A DNA stretch of 64,000 bases from Eledone cirrhosa. Taxonomy: Eukaryota. The stretch lies in assembly GCA_964016885.1 (NCBI GenBank), contig OZ024745.1:434001-498000 (forward strand), read 5' to 3'. The position numbers were made by a program, and so were the translations under genes. Positions 26,547 through 37,690 of this stretch are shown here, one piece after another (position 1 is the stretch's first letter; the number at the start of each line of letters is the position of its first letter). The notes under the pieces are model-generated. The model saw only the letters and a list, made by a program, of their open reading frames with translations, made no database searches and was not told the origin of the DNA.

Positions 26547-28836
26547 ATCATCATCAACGTTTAACGTCCATGTTCCAGGCTTGCATGGGTTTGGACGGGG
26601 GTTTTCCCACTTGAGGCAAGAGTGATTGTCTTGCTCGCATAGGACTGTCTGGCGGGTTTTCTACAGCTGGATGCCCTTCCTAACACCAACCACATTTACA
26701 GTGTGGGGCTGGGAGGTTTTTACCGTGTTGCCTACATGGCCACATTACAGCGTGGACTGTGTGTTTTTTGTCGTGACACCTACACGATCTCATTTGTTTC
26801 GGCCTGGATGTTGTCGCACCAACATAACTTTACATTGAAGGGGCGGTGTGGATGGGGTGGGGTCGGGTGGTGGTAGGGGGATGGGGTATATTTTGTTAGA
26901 GATGCCTACTGACTGTAGTAGGTTTTACTTTGTATTTAGGTAAGGCGGGTCTTCTCTATTACTGAGTACCGCCAAAGGTCTCGGTCCAGTGACATTGTCT
27001 TGGTGAGGTGTAAGTGTGTGAGGTCGGAATTTATCAGCTCGTCCCAGGTTTTTCTGGGTCTGCCTATTCCGTGGCTACCGTCTATCTTTATTGCCCTGCA
27101 CTTTGTTATACAGCTATCGTCCTTCACGTGCATCACGTGACCAACGTAGCCTTCTCTCGAGTAAACAACATCTGATCCCTCTTATTTCTAATTTTTTCTT
27201 TAGTTTGTTTATGCTTTGCCGTTCACGTATATTACTATTACACATCCAGCGGAGCATGCAAGCTTCGTTTCTCTCTAGTCTGTGTATATCCTCTGCACAC
27301 AATGCCCAGGTCTCACTGCCATGCAACATTGCTGTTCGTATGCAGGCATCGTACAAACTGCCTTTCATTTTTAGGGAGAACCCTTTAGCGGCTAATAGTG
27401 GTATAAGCTCTCTGAACTTTTTCCGTCCAGTTCTGACTCTAGCTACTGTACTTTCAGAGCACCCTCCCCCACTGCTGATTTTGTCACCCAGGTAACGGAA
27501 GCTGTCCACTATTTCTATAGAACCCTCTACGCAGTTGAAAGAGCTAGTATTTTGTGGGCACTTGCTGCTACTTATTGCACCAGAGCACCGGCCACATGTA
27601 AAATCTATGTTCTTAGTTAGCTTACCTGTGATCCCACTACATCTTTTATGCACCCATACTTTGCATTTGGGACACAAAATGGAGTTTCTACCTACGCCTT
27701 TCCTACACACTGAGCATGGCCACTTCCCGGAAGGGACCGCCACCTTATTTTCTTTCCTACAAACTAGAACTTTAGTCTTAGCCAGGTTAATTTTAAGGCC
27801 TTTTGATTCTAGGCCGTGCTTCCATGTTTGGAATTTCTTCTCTAGCTCGGCCATTGATTCAGCTATGAGTGTTAGGTCATCTGCGTATAGGAGTTCCCAT
27901 GGGCAACCGGTCTTGAACTCCTCTGTTATAGCCTGAAGGGCAATAATAAATAGTAGGGGGCTGAGAACAGAGCCCTGATGGACACCAACTTTTACGCTAA
28001 ACTCTTCACTATATTCGTTGTTAATTCTAACCTTACTGACTGTTTCTTTATACATGGCTTGTATAGCTCTCACAAGCCATTCGTCAACACCTAGTTTTCT
28101 AAGAGCCCACCAGATAATGGAACGGGGGACTCTCTCGAAGGCTTTCTCCAAGTCGACAAAAGCTAAGTATAGGGGTTTACTTTTAGCTAGGTACTTCTCC
28201 TGTAGTTGTCGTACAATGAAAAGAGCGTCTGTGGTACTTTTGCCTGACACAAACCCGAACTGCATTTCATCTAGATCAATTCTCTCTCCGATTAGTTGCG
28301 CTATTACTTTTTCCGTGACCTTCATGACCTGGTCGATTAATTTAATGCCTCTATAGTTACTCCTATCTAGGGCATCTCCTTTACCCTTATAACAGTTAAC
28401 GATGATGCTGCTACGCCAGTCCTTCTGAACAACCCCATTCTGTACGACTTGGTTGACTATCCGGGTGACCATGGTGTGTCCCACCGTACCAGATGCCTTC
28501 AGCATCTCGGCAACTATTTCCGAAGGCCCAGCCGCCTTACCCGTCTTCATATCTTTGATTGCCTTACTTATTATACTACCCTCGACTAACACTGCTGGTC
28601 CCTCTATTGGGTCGATGTGGGGGAGACTGTCTTTCTCCCATTTATTCTCTTCATTTAGTAGCCTTTCATAGTGACACTTCCAAGCTACCTTCTTATCAGC
28701 GTCGGTGATGGCAAGTGTGCCGTCATCATTAAGTACACACTTCTCCCCGACAATATCACGGTTTTCCTTGACACATTGCCTAGCAATCCTGAACACCTCA
28801 CGTTTTTGGTCCTCGCGTTGTAGAACATGCTTGAAC
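26547..28836 (-). mobile_element. RTE subfamily A, 5'-truncated
   Basis: ORF 27114-28796 (560 aa, RT + PHD insert). A 5 bp deletion near 27140 shifts the frame. UTR and tail present. Confidence 0.96.
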
Positions 28837-28945
28837 TATATATATATATATATACAAACATACATATATATATATATATATACAAACATACATATATGTA
28901 TATATATATACAAACATACATATATATATATATATATATATACAA

Positions 28946-28978
<33 letters not shown>

Positions 28979-29105
28979 CAAACATACATATATATATATA
29001 TATATATACAAACATACATATATATATATATATATATATACAAACATACATATATATATATATATATATACAAACATACATATATATATATATACGTAAT
29101 ATATA

Positions 29106-30250
29106 TGTAAGTAGACGAGAAAACAGAACCCAGATCCCCTCGGGGAAATGGCCTTGCTCAGTATGTAGGAAAGGTGTAGGTAGGAACTCCATTCTCTGCC
29201 CCAAATGCAAACAATGGGTACACAAGAGATGTAGCGGGATCTCAGGAAGCTTAATTAAGAATGTAGGATTCACATGCAGCAGCTGTGCTGAAACAGCAAG
29301 CACCAAACAGCCACAGGAAACAAGTACCACCAATCTCTGGGAGGGCCCTGTAGAAACAGTAGACAGCTTCTGCTACCTAGGTGACCGAATTAGCAACGGA
29401 GGTGGGTGTTCAGAAAGTACAATAACTAGGGTAAGAACGGGATGGAAGAAGTTTAGGGAACTACTACCACTGCTAGCTGCAAAAGGCTTCCCCTCAGAAT
29501 GAAAGGCAGACTGTATGATGCGTGTATCCGAACAGCGATGTTGCATGGTAGTGAGACCTGGGCGCTGTCTGTAGAAGACTTACGTAGATTAGAGAGAAAC
29601 GAAGCCTGCATGCTCTGATGGATGTGTAACAGTAATATACGTGAACGACAAAGCATAAATGAATTGAGAGAGAGACTGAGCATAAGAGGAATCAAATGCT
29701 GTGTGCAGGAGAGGCGGTTGCGCTGGTATGGACATGTGATGCGTATGAAGGATGACAGCTGCATAAAAAGGTGCAGAGCACTAGAAGTTGATGGAAACCG
29801 CGGAGTGGGGAGACCCAAGATGACCTGGGATGAGGTGATAAAAGCCGACCTTACCCAATTACACCTCTCAAAGACAATGACACACGACCGTGACTTCTGG
29901 CGTCACGCAGTAATACAGAGTACCCGACCTCCCATGGGCACATGCTGAAGCATATAAACAATATGCCCCCACACCCCCCACCGCAAGGTGGTCGTGGAGG
30001 TGCCACGGCAAAAAAGCACCCAGCCCACACTGTAAAGTGGACGTGTAGGCGCCACGAAAAAGCACCCAGCACTCACTGTAAATGAGGTTGGTGTTAGGAA
30101 GGGCATCCAGCTGTAGAAATCAAGCCAGATCAGTTCCTGTATGAGCAAGGCATGGTCAGCCGACCAGACACTGCACACAACAGGACAACCCGTCTAACCC
30201 ATGCTAGCGTGGAAGAACGGACGTAAAACGGTGATGATGATGATGATGAT
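29106..30250 (+). mobile_element. RTE subfamily B, 5'-truncated
   Basis: [29 protein letters not shown]...FCYLGD...; frameshift near 29490; UTR and (GAT)n tail. Confidence 0.93.
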
Positions 30251-30412
30251 ATGTACAAACATACATATATATATATATACAAACATACATATATATATAC
30301 AAACATACATATATATATACAAACATACATATATATATATATACAAACATACATATATATATATATATATATATACAAACATACATATATATATATATAT
30401 ATATACAAACAT

Positions 30413-30758
30413 GGAGGCACATGGCTTAGTGGTTAGAACATTGACCTTGCAATCGAAAGGTTGTGAGTTCAATTCTCAGACCGGGTGATGTGTTGTTTCC
30501 TTGAGCAAGACACTTTATTTCACATTGCTCCAGTTTACTCAGCTGTAGAAATGAGATGATAGCGACTGAGGTCCATATCATTCCACTGCAAAGTGGTCGT
30601 GGAGGTGCCACGGCAAAAAAGCACCCAGCACTCACTGTAAATGAGGTTGGTGTTAGGAAGGGCATCCAGCTGTAGAAATCAAGCCAGAATCAGTTCCCGT
30701 CCCACCCTTGCAAGCAGGGAAAAAGCGGACGTAAAATGAAATGATGATGATGATGATG
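30413..30758 (+). mobile_element. tRNA-derived CORE-like SINE with RTE-derived tail
   Basis: A box tggcttagtgg, B box gagttcaattc, CORE-like ccttgagcaagacacttt...cagtttactcagctgtagaaatg, LINE 3' UTR tail and (GAT)n. Confidence 0.9.
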
Positions 30759-30816
30759 AAACATATATATATATATATATATATATACAAACATACATAT
30801 ATATATATATATATAC

Positions 30817-30859
<43 letters not shown>

Positions 30860-30910
30860 AACATACATATATATATATATACAAACATACATATATATAT
30901 ATATATACAA

Positions 30911-30941
<31 letters not shown>

Positions 30942-31053
30942 CAAACATACATATATATATATATATATACAAACATACATATATATATATATATACAAAC
31001 ATACATATATATATAATAAAATACATATATATAATAAAATACAAAATAGAGAG

Positions 31054-32196
31054 ATGTGTAACTTCATACAATTTGATATAGACGACTACTATGCATTCAT
31101 ATCCCCAGCTACCCTAGATAAGGCGCTTATATTTGCCCAAAATAACTCTGATCTTACCCATGATGAAATTGAAATAATAATAGCGGCTAGAAGGACTATC
31201 ATAAAATTTGAAAATAGCTACTGGGTAAGAAAAGATAGGATAAATAGCTTCGATATAACAATGGGATCAAATGACTCTGCGCAAATCACAGATATCGTGG
31301 GGCTATTCTTATCACACAACCTACATAAGGAATTCAGTAACCTCCAAGGAGGAATTTATAGGGACGACACGCTACTTATAGCTAGGAACCTAAACAACCA
31401 GAGCATGGAAAGACTAAGAAAAAATATTAGAATATTCTTCAAAAAACTAGGCCTAAGTATTACCTACGAACTGAACCATAAGAAGGTAAACTTTCTAGAT
31501 GTGACTCTAAATCTAAATACGGGATTAATAGAACCTTTCCACAAAAATAATGAAAATCTTGCCTACATTAGTTACAACTCAAACCACCCCAAATCCATAA
31601 CTAGATCCATAGCACGTAGTATATCCCTCCGAATATCTCGCTTATCCTCTAACCTCGAAATCTTTAACGAGCATGCTGACTATTATAATGCAGCATTATG
31701 TAGGGCCAGTCATAAAGATAAACTGCAGTATATAGTGAATAAAGACAACGTAAACAATCCTAGTAATTACTACACCAACCGCTCACATAATAATAGGAAT
31801 AGCTTGACTAGACATAGGGTTAGACACGCAACACTTGGAGTAAACGGTCAAAACACTAATAACGTAAACCCAAGAAACAATAGAAGAAACAGACAAAGAA
31901 AATACCTATGGTTCAACCCAATATTCAACTCCTCTATAAAAACTAGACTGCCCTCTACATTCTTTAAACTAATAGATAAACAGTTCCCTATCTCGCATAG
32001 ATATCACAAAATACTCAATAGATTTACCATAAAACTCTCATACTCAACAGCAGCTAACATAGAATCACACATACGCAAGATCAACCACAGAAATATATCT
32101 AGTAAATCAACCACACCTATGCATAACGTAGCACCAAATTATAAGCATAAACACATCACAACCGCATACAAACGCGCAGCAGCAAAACCCCAATGA
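31054..32196 (+). CDS. Penelope-like reverse transcriptase (N-terminally truncated)
   Basis: [54 protein letters not shown]. Confidence 0.88.
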   Translation: MCNFIQFDIDDYYAFISPATLDKALIFAQNNSDLTHDEIEIIIAARRTIIKFENSYWVRKDRINSFDITMGSNDSAQITDIVGLFLSHNLHKEFSNLQGGIYRDDTLLIARNLNNQSMERLRKNIRIFFKKLGLSITYELNHKKVNFLDVTLNLNTGLIEPFHKNNENLAYISYNSNHPKSITRSIARSISLRISRLSSNLEIFNEHADYYNAALCRASHKDKLQYIVNKDNVNNPSNYYTNRSHNNRNSLTRHRVRHATLGVNGQNTNNVNPRNNRRNRQRKYLWFNPIFNSSIKTRLPSTFFKLIDKQFPISHRYHKILNRFTIKLSYSTAANIESHIRKINHRNISSKSTTPMHNVAPNYKHKHITTAYKRAAAKPQ

Positions 32197-32695
32197 GCAT
32201 ATATCACAACCCACTTATAACAGAGTACTAAACAGGAGTGTAGAGGCCGCACAAAATAGCGCCTCAAACTGTAACTGTCACCTACCAGATAGGTGCCCAT
32301 TGGCGAACAGATGTCTCGATTCGAGCCTAGTATACATGTGCACGGTCAACTCGGATAACTCCACCTGGAATTACATAGGATCCACCGCGGGTTCTTTTAA
32401 AAAAAGATGGTATGTGCACAGGCACTCAATGAAAAACCGTGCACTTATGGGTTCCACAACCCTCGCCAAAAAAATATGGGAACTGAAGGACAGCAGCACT
32501 AACTACAGCATTAACTGGTCGAAGTTGTCGGCTGCTAAAACCTATAGTACAGGTATGTCCCACTGCGGGCTATGTGATCTAGAACTAATGTATATCCTCA
32601 AAAATGTAAAAAGGCTACTTAACAATAAGTTAGAAAGATCTATCTTCTGCAAACATAGAATTGCCACTAAATTCATAAGATTCAAACCTCCGTGA
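32132..32695 (+). CDS. GIY-YIG endonuclease with CxCx5Cx5C linker, +1 frameshifted relative to RT
   Basis: Frame open from 32132: [22 protein letters not shown]...YIGST...FKKRWYVH...CGLC..E...LLN...CKH. Confidence 0.85.
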   Translation, partial: HQIISINTSQPHTNAQQQNPNEHISQPTYNRVLNRSVEAAQNSASNCNCHLPDRCPLANRCLDSSLVYMCTVNSDNSTWNYIGSTAGSFKKRWYVHRHSMKNRALMGSTTLAKKIWELKDSSTNYSINWSKLSAAKTYSTGMSHCGLCDLELMYILKNVKRLLNNKLERSIFCKHRIATKFIRFKPP

Positions 32696-33062
32696 ATCGA
32701 ACCAACGCAACATAGCTTTAAACTAGGATACCCACTACCCTGCATAAATCACCACAGAAATATACTCATTAAGTACACTCTAGCCTTCACAAATCTATAC
32801 CACACAAATGTCTGTAAGTACCTCATCAACCCATAAACTTATTTCTTCTCAGCTGCTGCCATCACTTGATCCTAAATCCAAGAATTTCTCAAATCACTAC
32901 TACAATGTAACTTTACCTTCCTTTTGCCATAATTACAGTCAGCATGTTTATCTCTTTGCATATATGTATGTATTTGTACGAGTGTATATTGATGTGTATG
33001 TATGTGTCTATGTACACATGCGTGTGTATATATATATGTGTGTGTGTGTATGTATGTGTATA

Positions 33063-33103
<41 letters not shown>

Positions 33104-33552
33104 TGCCTCCTTAACCTCTGTATTAACTCGCCCACTATTTAGCTTTGACAGTGTTGTCCCATACATGTATGTTATTGAAGATGAAAAGAAAGACTGTATT
33201 CTCATCTAATGTAGACCACACAAATTCTACTCAATGATAAATACTTCGTTGGTCAGATAAATACTGAACATTACGGCCACCTGACCTATATTGGTGATAA
33301 ACACCGGCTTATCTTTAAAATTGATACAATACACCCTACGACATGCCAAACTTATACTTCTGCTTCATGTCAGCTAGTTTTACACGCCGAAATCTTAGAT
33401 ACACTATACCCCCCACCTAATGTAATGTCAGGGTCTCCTCAAATAATTTATTACTAGCATTGTTGTAATTGTTGTTATTGTTCTAACTGAATGCCATTAC
33501 TACTTCATATAGTAGCCTGTATATTCCATTCATGCCTGTATATTCTCTTCAT

Positions 33553-33673
33553 TCTCGCATGCTCCGAAGAACTGACTGGTTATAATTTTGTATTGGCGAT
33601 CGAGTAACGTGAAAACAAGCGAATAGCGATCTCTAGACCTACCAGTTCAGAGAAACAATTGTCAGCAATGAGA
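33553..33673 (+). ncRNA. Type I hammerhead ribozyme in the Penelope 3' region (CCGAAGA core variant)
   Basis: tctcgcatgct-CCGAAGA (33564-33570)-ctgactggt...accagttcag-GAAACAATTGTC-agcaatgaga. Palindromic stem III, GUC triplet. Confidence 0.72.
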
Positions 33674-33901
33674 TTAAAAACCTTTTTTTGTATTGCAAAC
33701 CATGTCAACCTTCTTTCCCGATTTATTATTACTCCAAGTGTTTACAACATAGGAATTAGAGCATACCCGCAACATCACTATGAATACGCCTTGTTGAGTC
33801 AAACCAAGCCTAGCGTTGATATCATCCACTACCCGGAATACCATAACTGGACTACACCTAAGGGGACTGGATATAACTATTATTTGTTACCCCGTATATG
33901 T

Positions 33902-36500
33902 ATCATCATCATCATCATCATCATCAACGTTTAACGTCCGTGTTCCACGCTTGCATGGGTTTGGACGGGGGTAGTCCCACTTGAGGCAAGAGTGATTGTC
34001 TTGCTCGCATAGGACTGTCTGGCAGGTTTTCTACAGTTGGATGCCCTTCCTAACACCAACCACATTTACAGTGTGGGTCTGGGAGGTTTTTACCGTGTTG
34101 CCTACACGGCCACATTACAGCGTGGACTGTGTGTTTTTTTGTCGTGACACCTACACGATCTCATTTGTTTCGGCCTCGATGGCGCGGCACCAACATAACT
34201 TTACATAGAACGGGGTGGTGTGGATCGGGTGGGGGTGGGGGTGGTGGGACGGGGTGTATTTTGTTAGAGATGCCTACTGGCTGGAGTAGGTTTTACTATA
34301 TATTTAGGTAAGGTCTTCTCTGTTACTGAGTACCGCCAAAGGTCTCGGTCCAGTGACATTGTCTTGGAGAGGTGTAAGTGTGTGATGTCGGAGTTTATCA
34401 GCTCGTCCCAGGTTTTTCTAGGTCTGCCTATTCCGTGACTACCGTCTATCTTTATTGCCCTGCACTTTGTTATACAGCTATCGACTTTCATGCGCATCAC
34501 GTGTCCATACCAACGTAGCCTTCTCTCGAGTAAACAACATCTGATCCCTCTTATCTCTAATTTTTTCCTTAGTTCGTTTATGCTTTGCCGTTCACGTATA
34601 TTACTGTTACACATCCAGCGGAGCATGCAAGCTTCGTTCCTCTCTAGTCTGCGTATATCCTCTGCACACAATGCCCAGGTCTCACTGCCATGCAGCATTG
34701 CTGTTCGTATGCAGGCATCGTACAACCTGCCTTTCATTTTTAGTGAGAACCCTTTAGCAGCTAATAGTGGTATAAGCTCTCTGAACTTTTTCCAACCAGT
34801 TCTGACTCTAGCTACAGTACTTTCAGAGCACCCTCCCCCACTGCTGATTTTATCGCCCAGGTAACGGAAGCTGTCCACTATTTCTATAGAACCCTCTGCG
34901 CAATTGAAAGAGCTAGTAGTTTGTGGGCACTTGCTGCTACTTATTGCACCAGAGCACCGGCCACATGTAAAATCTATGTTCTTAGTTAGCTTACCTGTGA
35001 TCCCACTACATCTTTTATGCACCCATACTTTGCATTTAGGACATAAAATGGAGTTTCTACCTACGCCTTTCCTACACACCGAGCACGACCATTTCCCAGA
35101 AGGGACCGCCGCCTTGTTTTCTTTCCTACAAACTAGTACTTTGGTCTTAGCCAGGTTAATTTTAAGTCCTTTTGACTCTAGGCCGTGCTTCCATGTTTGG
35201 AATTTCTTCTCTAGCTCGGCCATTGATTCCGCTATGAGTGTCAGGTCGTCTGCGTATAGGAGTTCCCATGGGCAGCCTGTCTTGAACTCCTCTGTTATAG
35301 CCTGAAGGGCAATAATAAATAGTAGTGGACTGAGAACAGAGCCCTGATGGACGCCAACTTTTACGCTAAACTCTTCACTATATTCGTTGTTAATTCTAAC
35401 CTTGCTGACTGTTTCTTTATACATGGCTTGTATAGCCCTCACAAGCCATTCGTCAACGCCTAGTTTTCTAAGAGCCCACCAGATAATGGAGCGGGGGACT
35501 CTGTCGAAGGCTTTCTCCAAGTCGACAAAAGCTAAGTAGAGGGGTTTACCTTTAGCTAGGTACTTCTCCTGTAGTTGTCGTACTATGAAAAGAGCGTCTG
35601 TGGTACTTTTGCCTGACACAAACCCGAACTGCATTTCATCTAGGTCAATTCTCTCTCTGATTAGTTGCGCTATTACTCTTTCCGTGACCTTCATGACCTG
35701 GTCGATTAATTTAATGCCTCTATAGTTACTCCTATCTAGGGCGTCTCCTTTACCCTTATAACAGTTAACGATGATGCTGCTATGCCAGTCCTTCGGAACA
35801 ACCCCATTCTGTACGACTTGGTTAAATATGCGGGTGACCATGGTGTGTCCCACCGTGCCAGATGCCTTCAGCATCTCAGCAACTATTTCCGAAGGCCCAG
35901 CCGCCTTACCAGTCTTCATATCCTTGATTGCCTTACTTATTATACTCCCCTCGACTAACACTGCTGGTCCCTCTATTGGGTCGATATGGGGGAGACTGCC
36001 TTTCTCCCAATTATTCTCCTCATTTAGAAGCCTTTCATAGTGACACTTCCAAGCTACCTTCTTATCAGCGTCGGTGATGGCAAGTGTGCCATCGTCGTTT
36101 AGTACACACTTCTCCCCGACAATATCACGGTTTTCCTTGACGCATTGCCTAGCAATCCTGAACACCTCACGTTTTTGGTCATCGCGTTGTAGAACATGCT
36201 TGAACTTTCTTTCCTCAGCTTCCCTTCTTGCTAAGTACACTTGTCTCCTAGCTTCCCTCCTGGCCACTTGATAGTCCTCTCTACTTCCCCCATCCCGCCA
36301 TACTTTCCAAGCCTGCTTTTTGGCCTTAATTGACCCCTCCACCTTACTGTTCCACCACCATGTTACTCTCCTCCTGCCTACAGGCCTGCTCCAGCCACAG
36401 ACCTCGTCTGTCGCCAACAGCAGGTTTGCTTTCAGAAATTCCCACTCTCCCTCTATATTGTCCGACTCTAAATGTTCTTCCTTACTGTCGAAAGCATCAA
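33902..36500 (-). mobile_element. RTE subfamily A, longest copy (2.6 kb), 5'-truncated (no endonuclease domain)
   Basis: Uninterrupted ORF2 from LDAFDSKEE through RT, PHD insert and C-terminus; UTR and (GAT)n tail. Confidence 0.97.
34264..36500 (-). CDS. RTE ORF2 fragment: reverse transcriptase with inserted PHD-type finger
   Basis: [53 protein letters not shown]4HC3 insert, FRYLG. The first ~247 aa of the supplied ORF are microsatellite. Confidence 0.9.
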
Positions 36501-36520
36501 GTATATATATATAAGCATCA

Positions 36521-36561
<41 letters not shown>

Positions 36562-36566
36562 CATCA

Positions 36567-36609
<43 letters not shown>

Positions 36610-37245
36610 CATACATATATATATATACAAACATACATATATAGATATAAACATACATATATATATATATAGAAACATACATATATATATATACAAACAT
36701 ACATATATATATATACAAACATACATATATATATATACAAACATACATATATATATATATACAAACATACATATATATATACAAACATACATATATATAT
36801 ATATACAAACATACATATATATATACAAACATACATATATATATACAAACATACATATATATATATATATACAAACATACATATATATATATATACAAAC
36901 ATACATATATATATATATATACAAACATACATATATATATATATACAAACATACATATATATATATACAAACATACATATATATATATACAAACATACAT
37001 ATATATATATACAAACATACATATATATATATATACAAACATACATATATATATATATACAAACATACATATATATATATACAAACATACATATATATAT
37101 ATACAAACATACATATATATATATACAAACATACATATATATATATACAAACATACATATATATATATACAAACATACATATATATATATACAAACATAC
37201 ATATATATATATACAAACATACATATATATATATACAAACATACA
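36501..37245. repeat. (TATACAAACATACA-TA)n compound microsatellite
   Basis: Seen directly; the same unit recurs from 24050 to 37670. Confidence 0.97.
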
Positions 37246-37246
37246 T

Positions 37247-37657
37247 GGAAAGTTATATTTAAATTGTTGGGTTACAACGAGTAAATATTTATAACTGATA
37301 TAAAAGCACTCAACAAGTATTTGGAGTATATTTACGATATTAAATAAATGGAAATTATATTTATAAAACCATATTTATTTCATTATATATATTTCAGGGA
37401 TATCATATAAAAAATATGTTATGCTCTCTTCAGACAAAATACAATATAAACAGTCTTATAAATAGATAGATTCGACATACCTTTCAACATCGACTTGTAT
37501 TTGAAAAGTTGATTTGGTATCTATCTATTTATAAGACTGTTTATATTGTATTTTGTCTGAAGAGGGCATAACATATTTTTAATATGATATCCCTGAAATA
37601 TATATAATGAAATAAATATGGTTTTATAAATATAATTTCCATTTATTTAATATCGTA
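37247..37657. mobile_element. Penelope-type inverted terminal-repeat fragment carrying two opposed hammerhead-like folds
   Basis: 139 bp arms 37333-37471 and 37519-37657, near-perfect inverted repeat with 47 bp spacer. Confidence 0.68.
37549..37614 (+). ncRNA. Type I hammerhead-like fold (mirror copy at 37376-37441, minus strand)
   Basis: tattttgt-CTGAAGA-ggg...ccct-GAAATATATATA-atgaaata. Stem I 8 bp with G-U pairs; AUA triplet. Confidence 0.6.
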
Positions 37658-37690
37658 TATACAAACATACATATATATATATATATATAT

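Larger units (their letters stand above)
31031..33897 (+). mobile_element. Penelope-like retroelement (Naiad-like architecture), 5'-truncated
   Basis: PLE-type RT + GIY-YIG endonuclease + 3' non-coding region with a hammerhead; bounded by TA-rich repeats. Confidence 0.88.

Noticed and set aside
30413-30485. tRNA gene
   Set aside because: The A/B boxes run into a CORE-like domain and LINE tail in several copies, so this is a SINE head; no proper acceptor stem.
32194-32220. TGA ending the Penelope RT frame as possible selenocysteine readthrough
   Set aside because: A TAA follows after 7 more codons and the endonuclease is in another frame. The conserved Cys positions use TGT/TGC.
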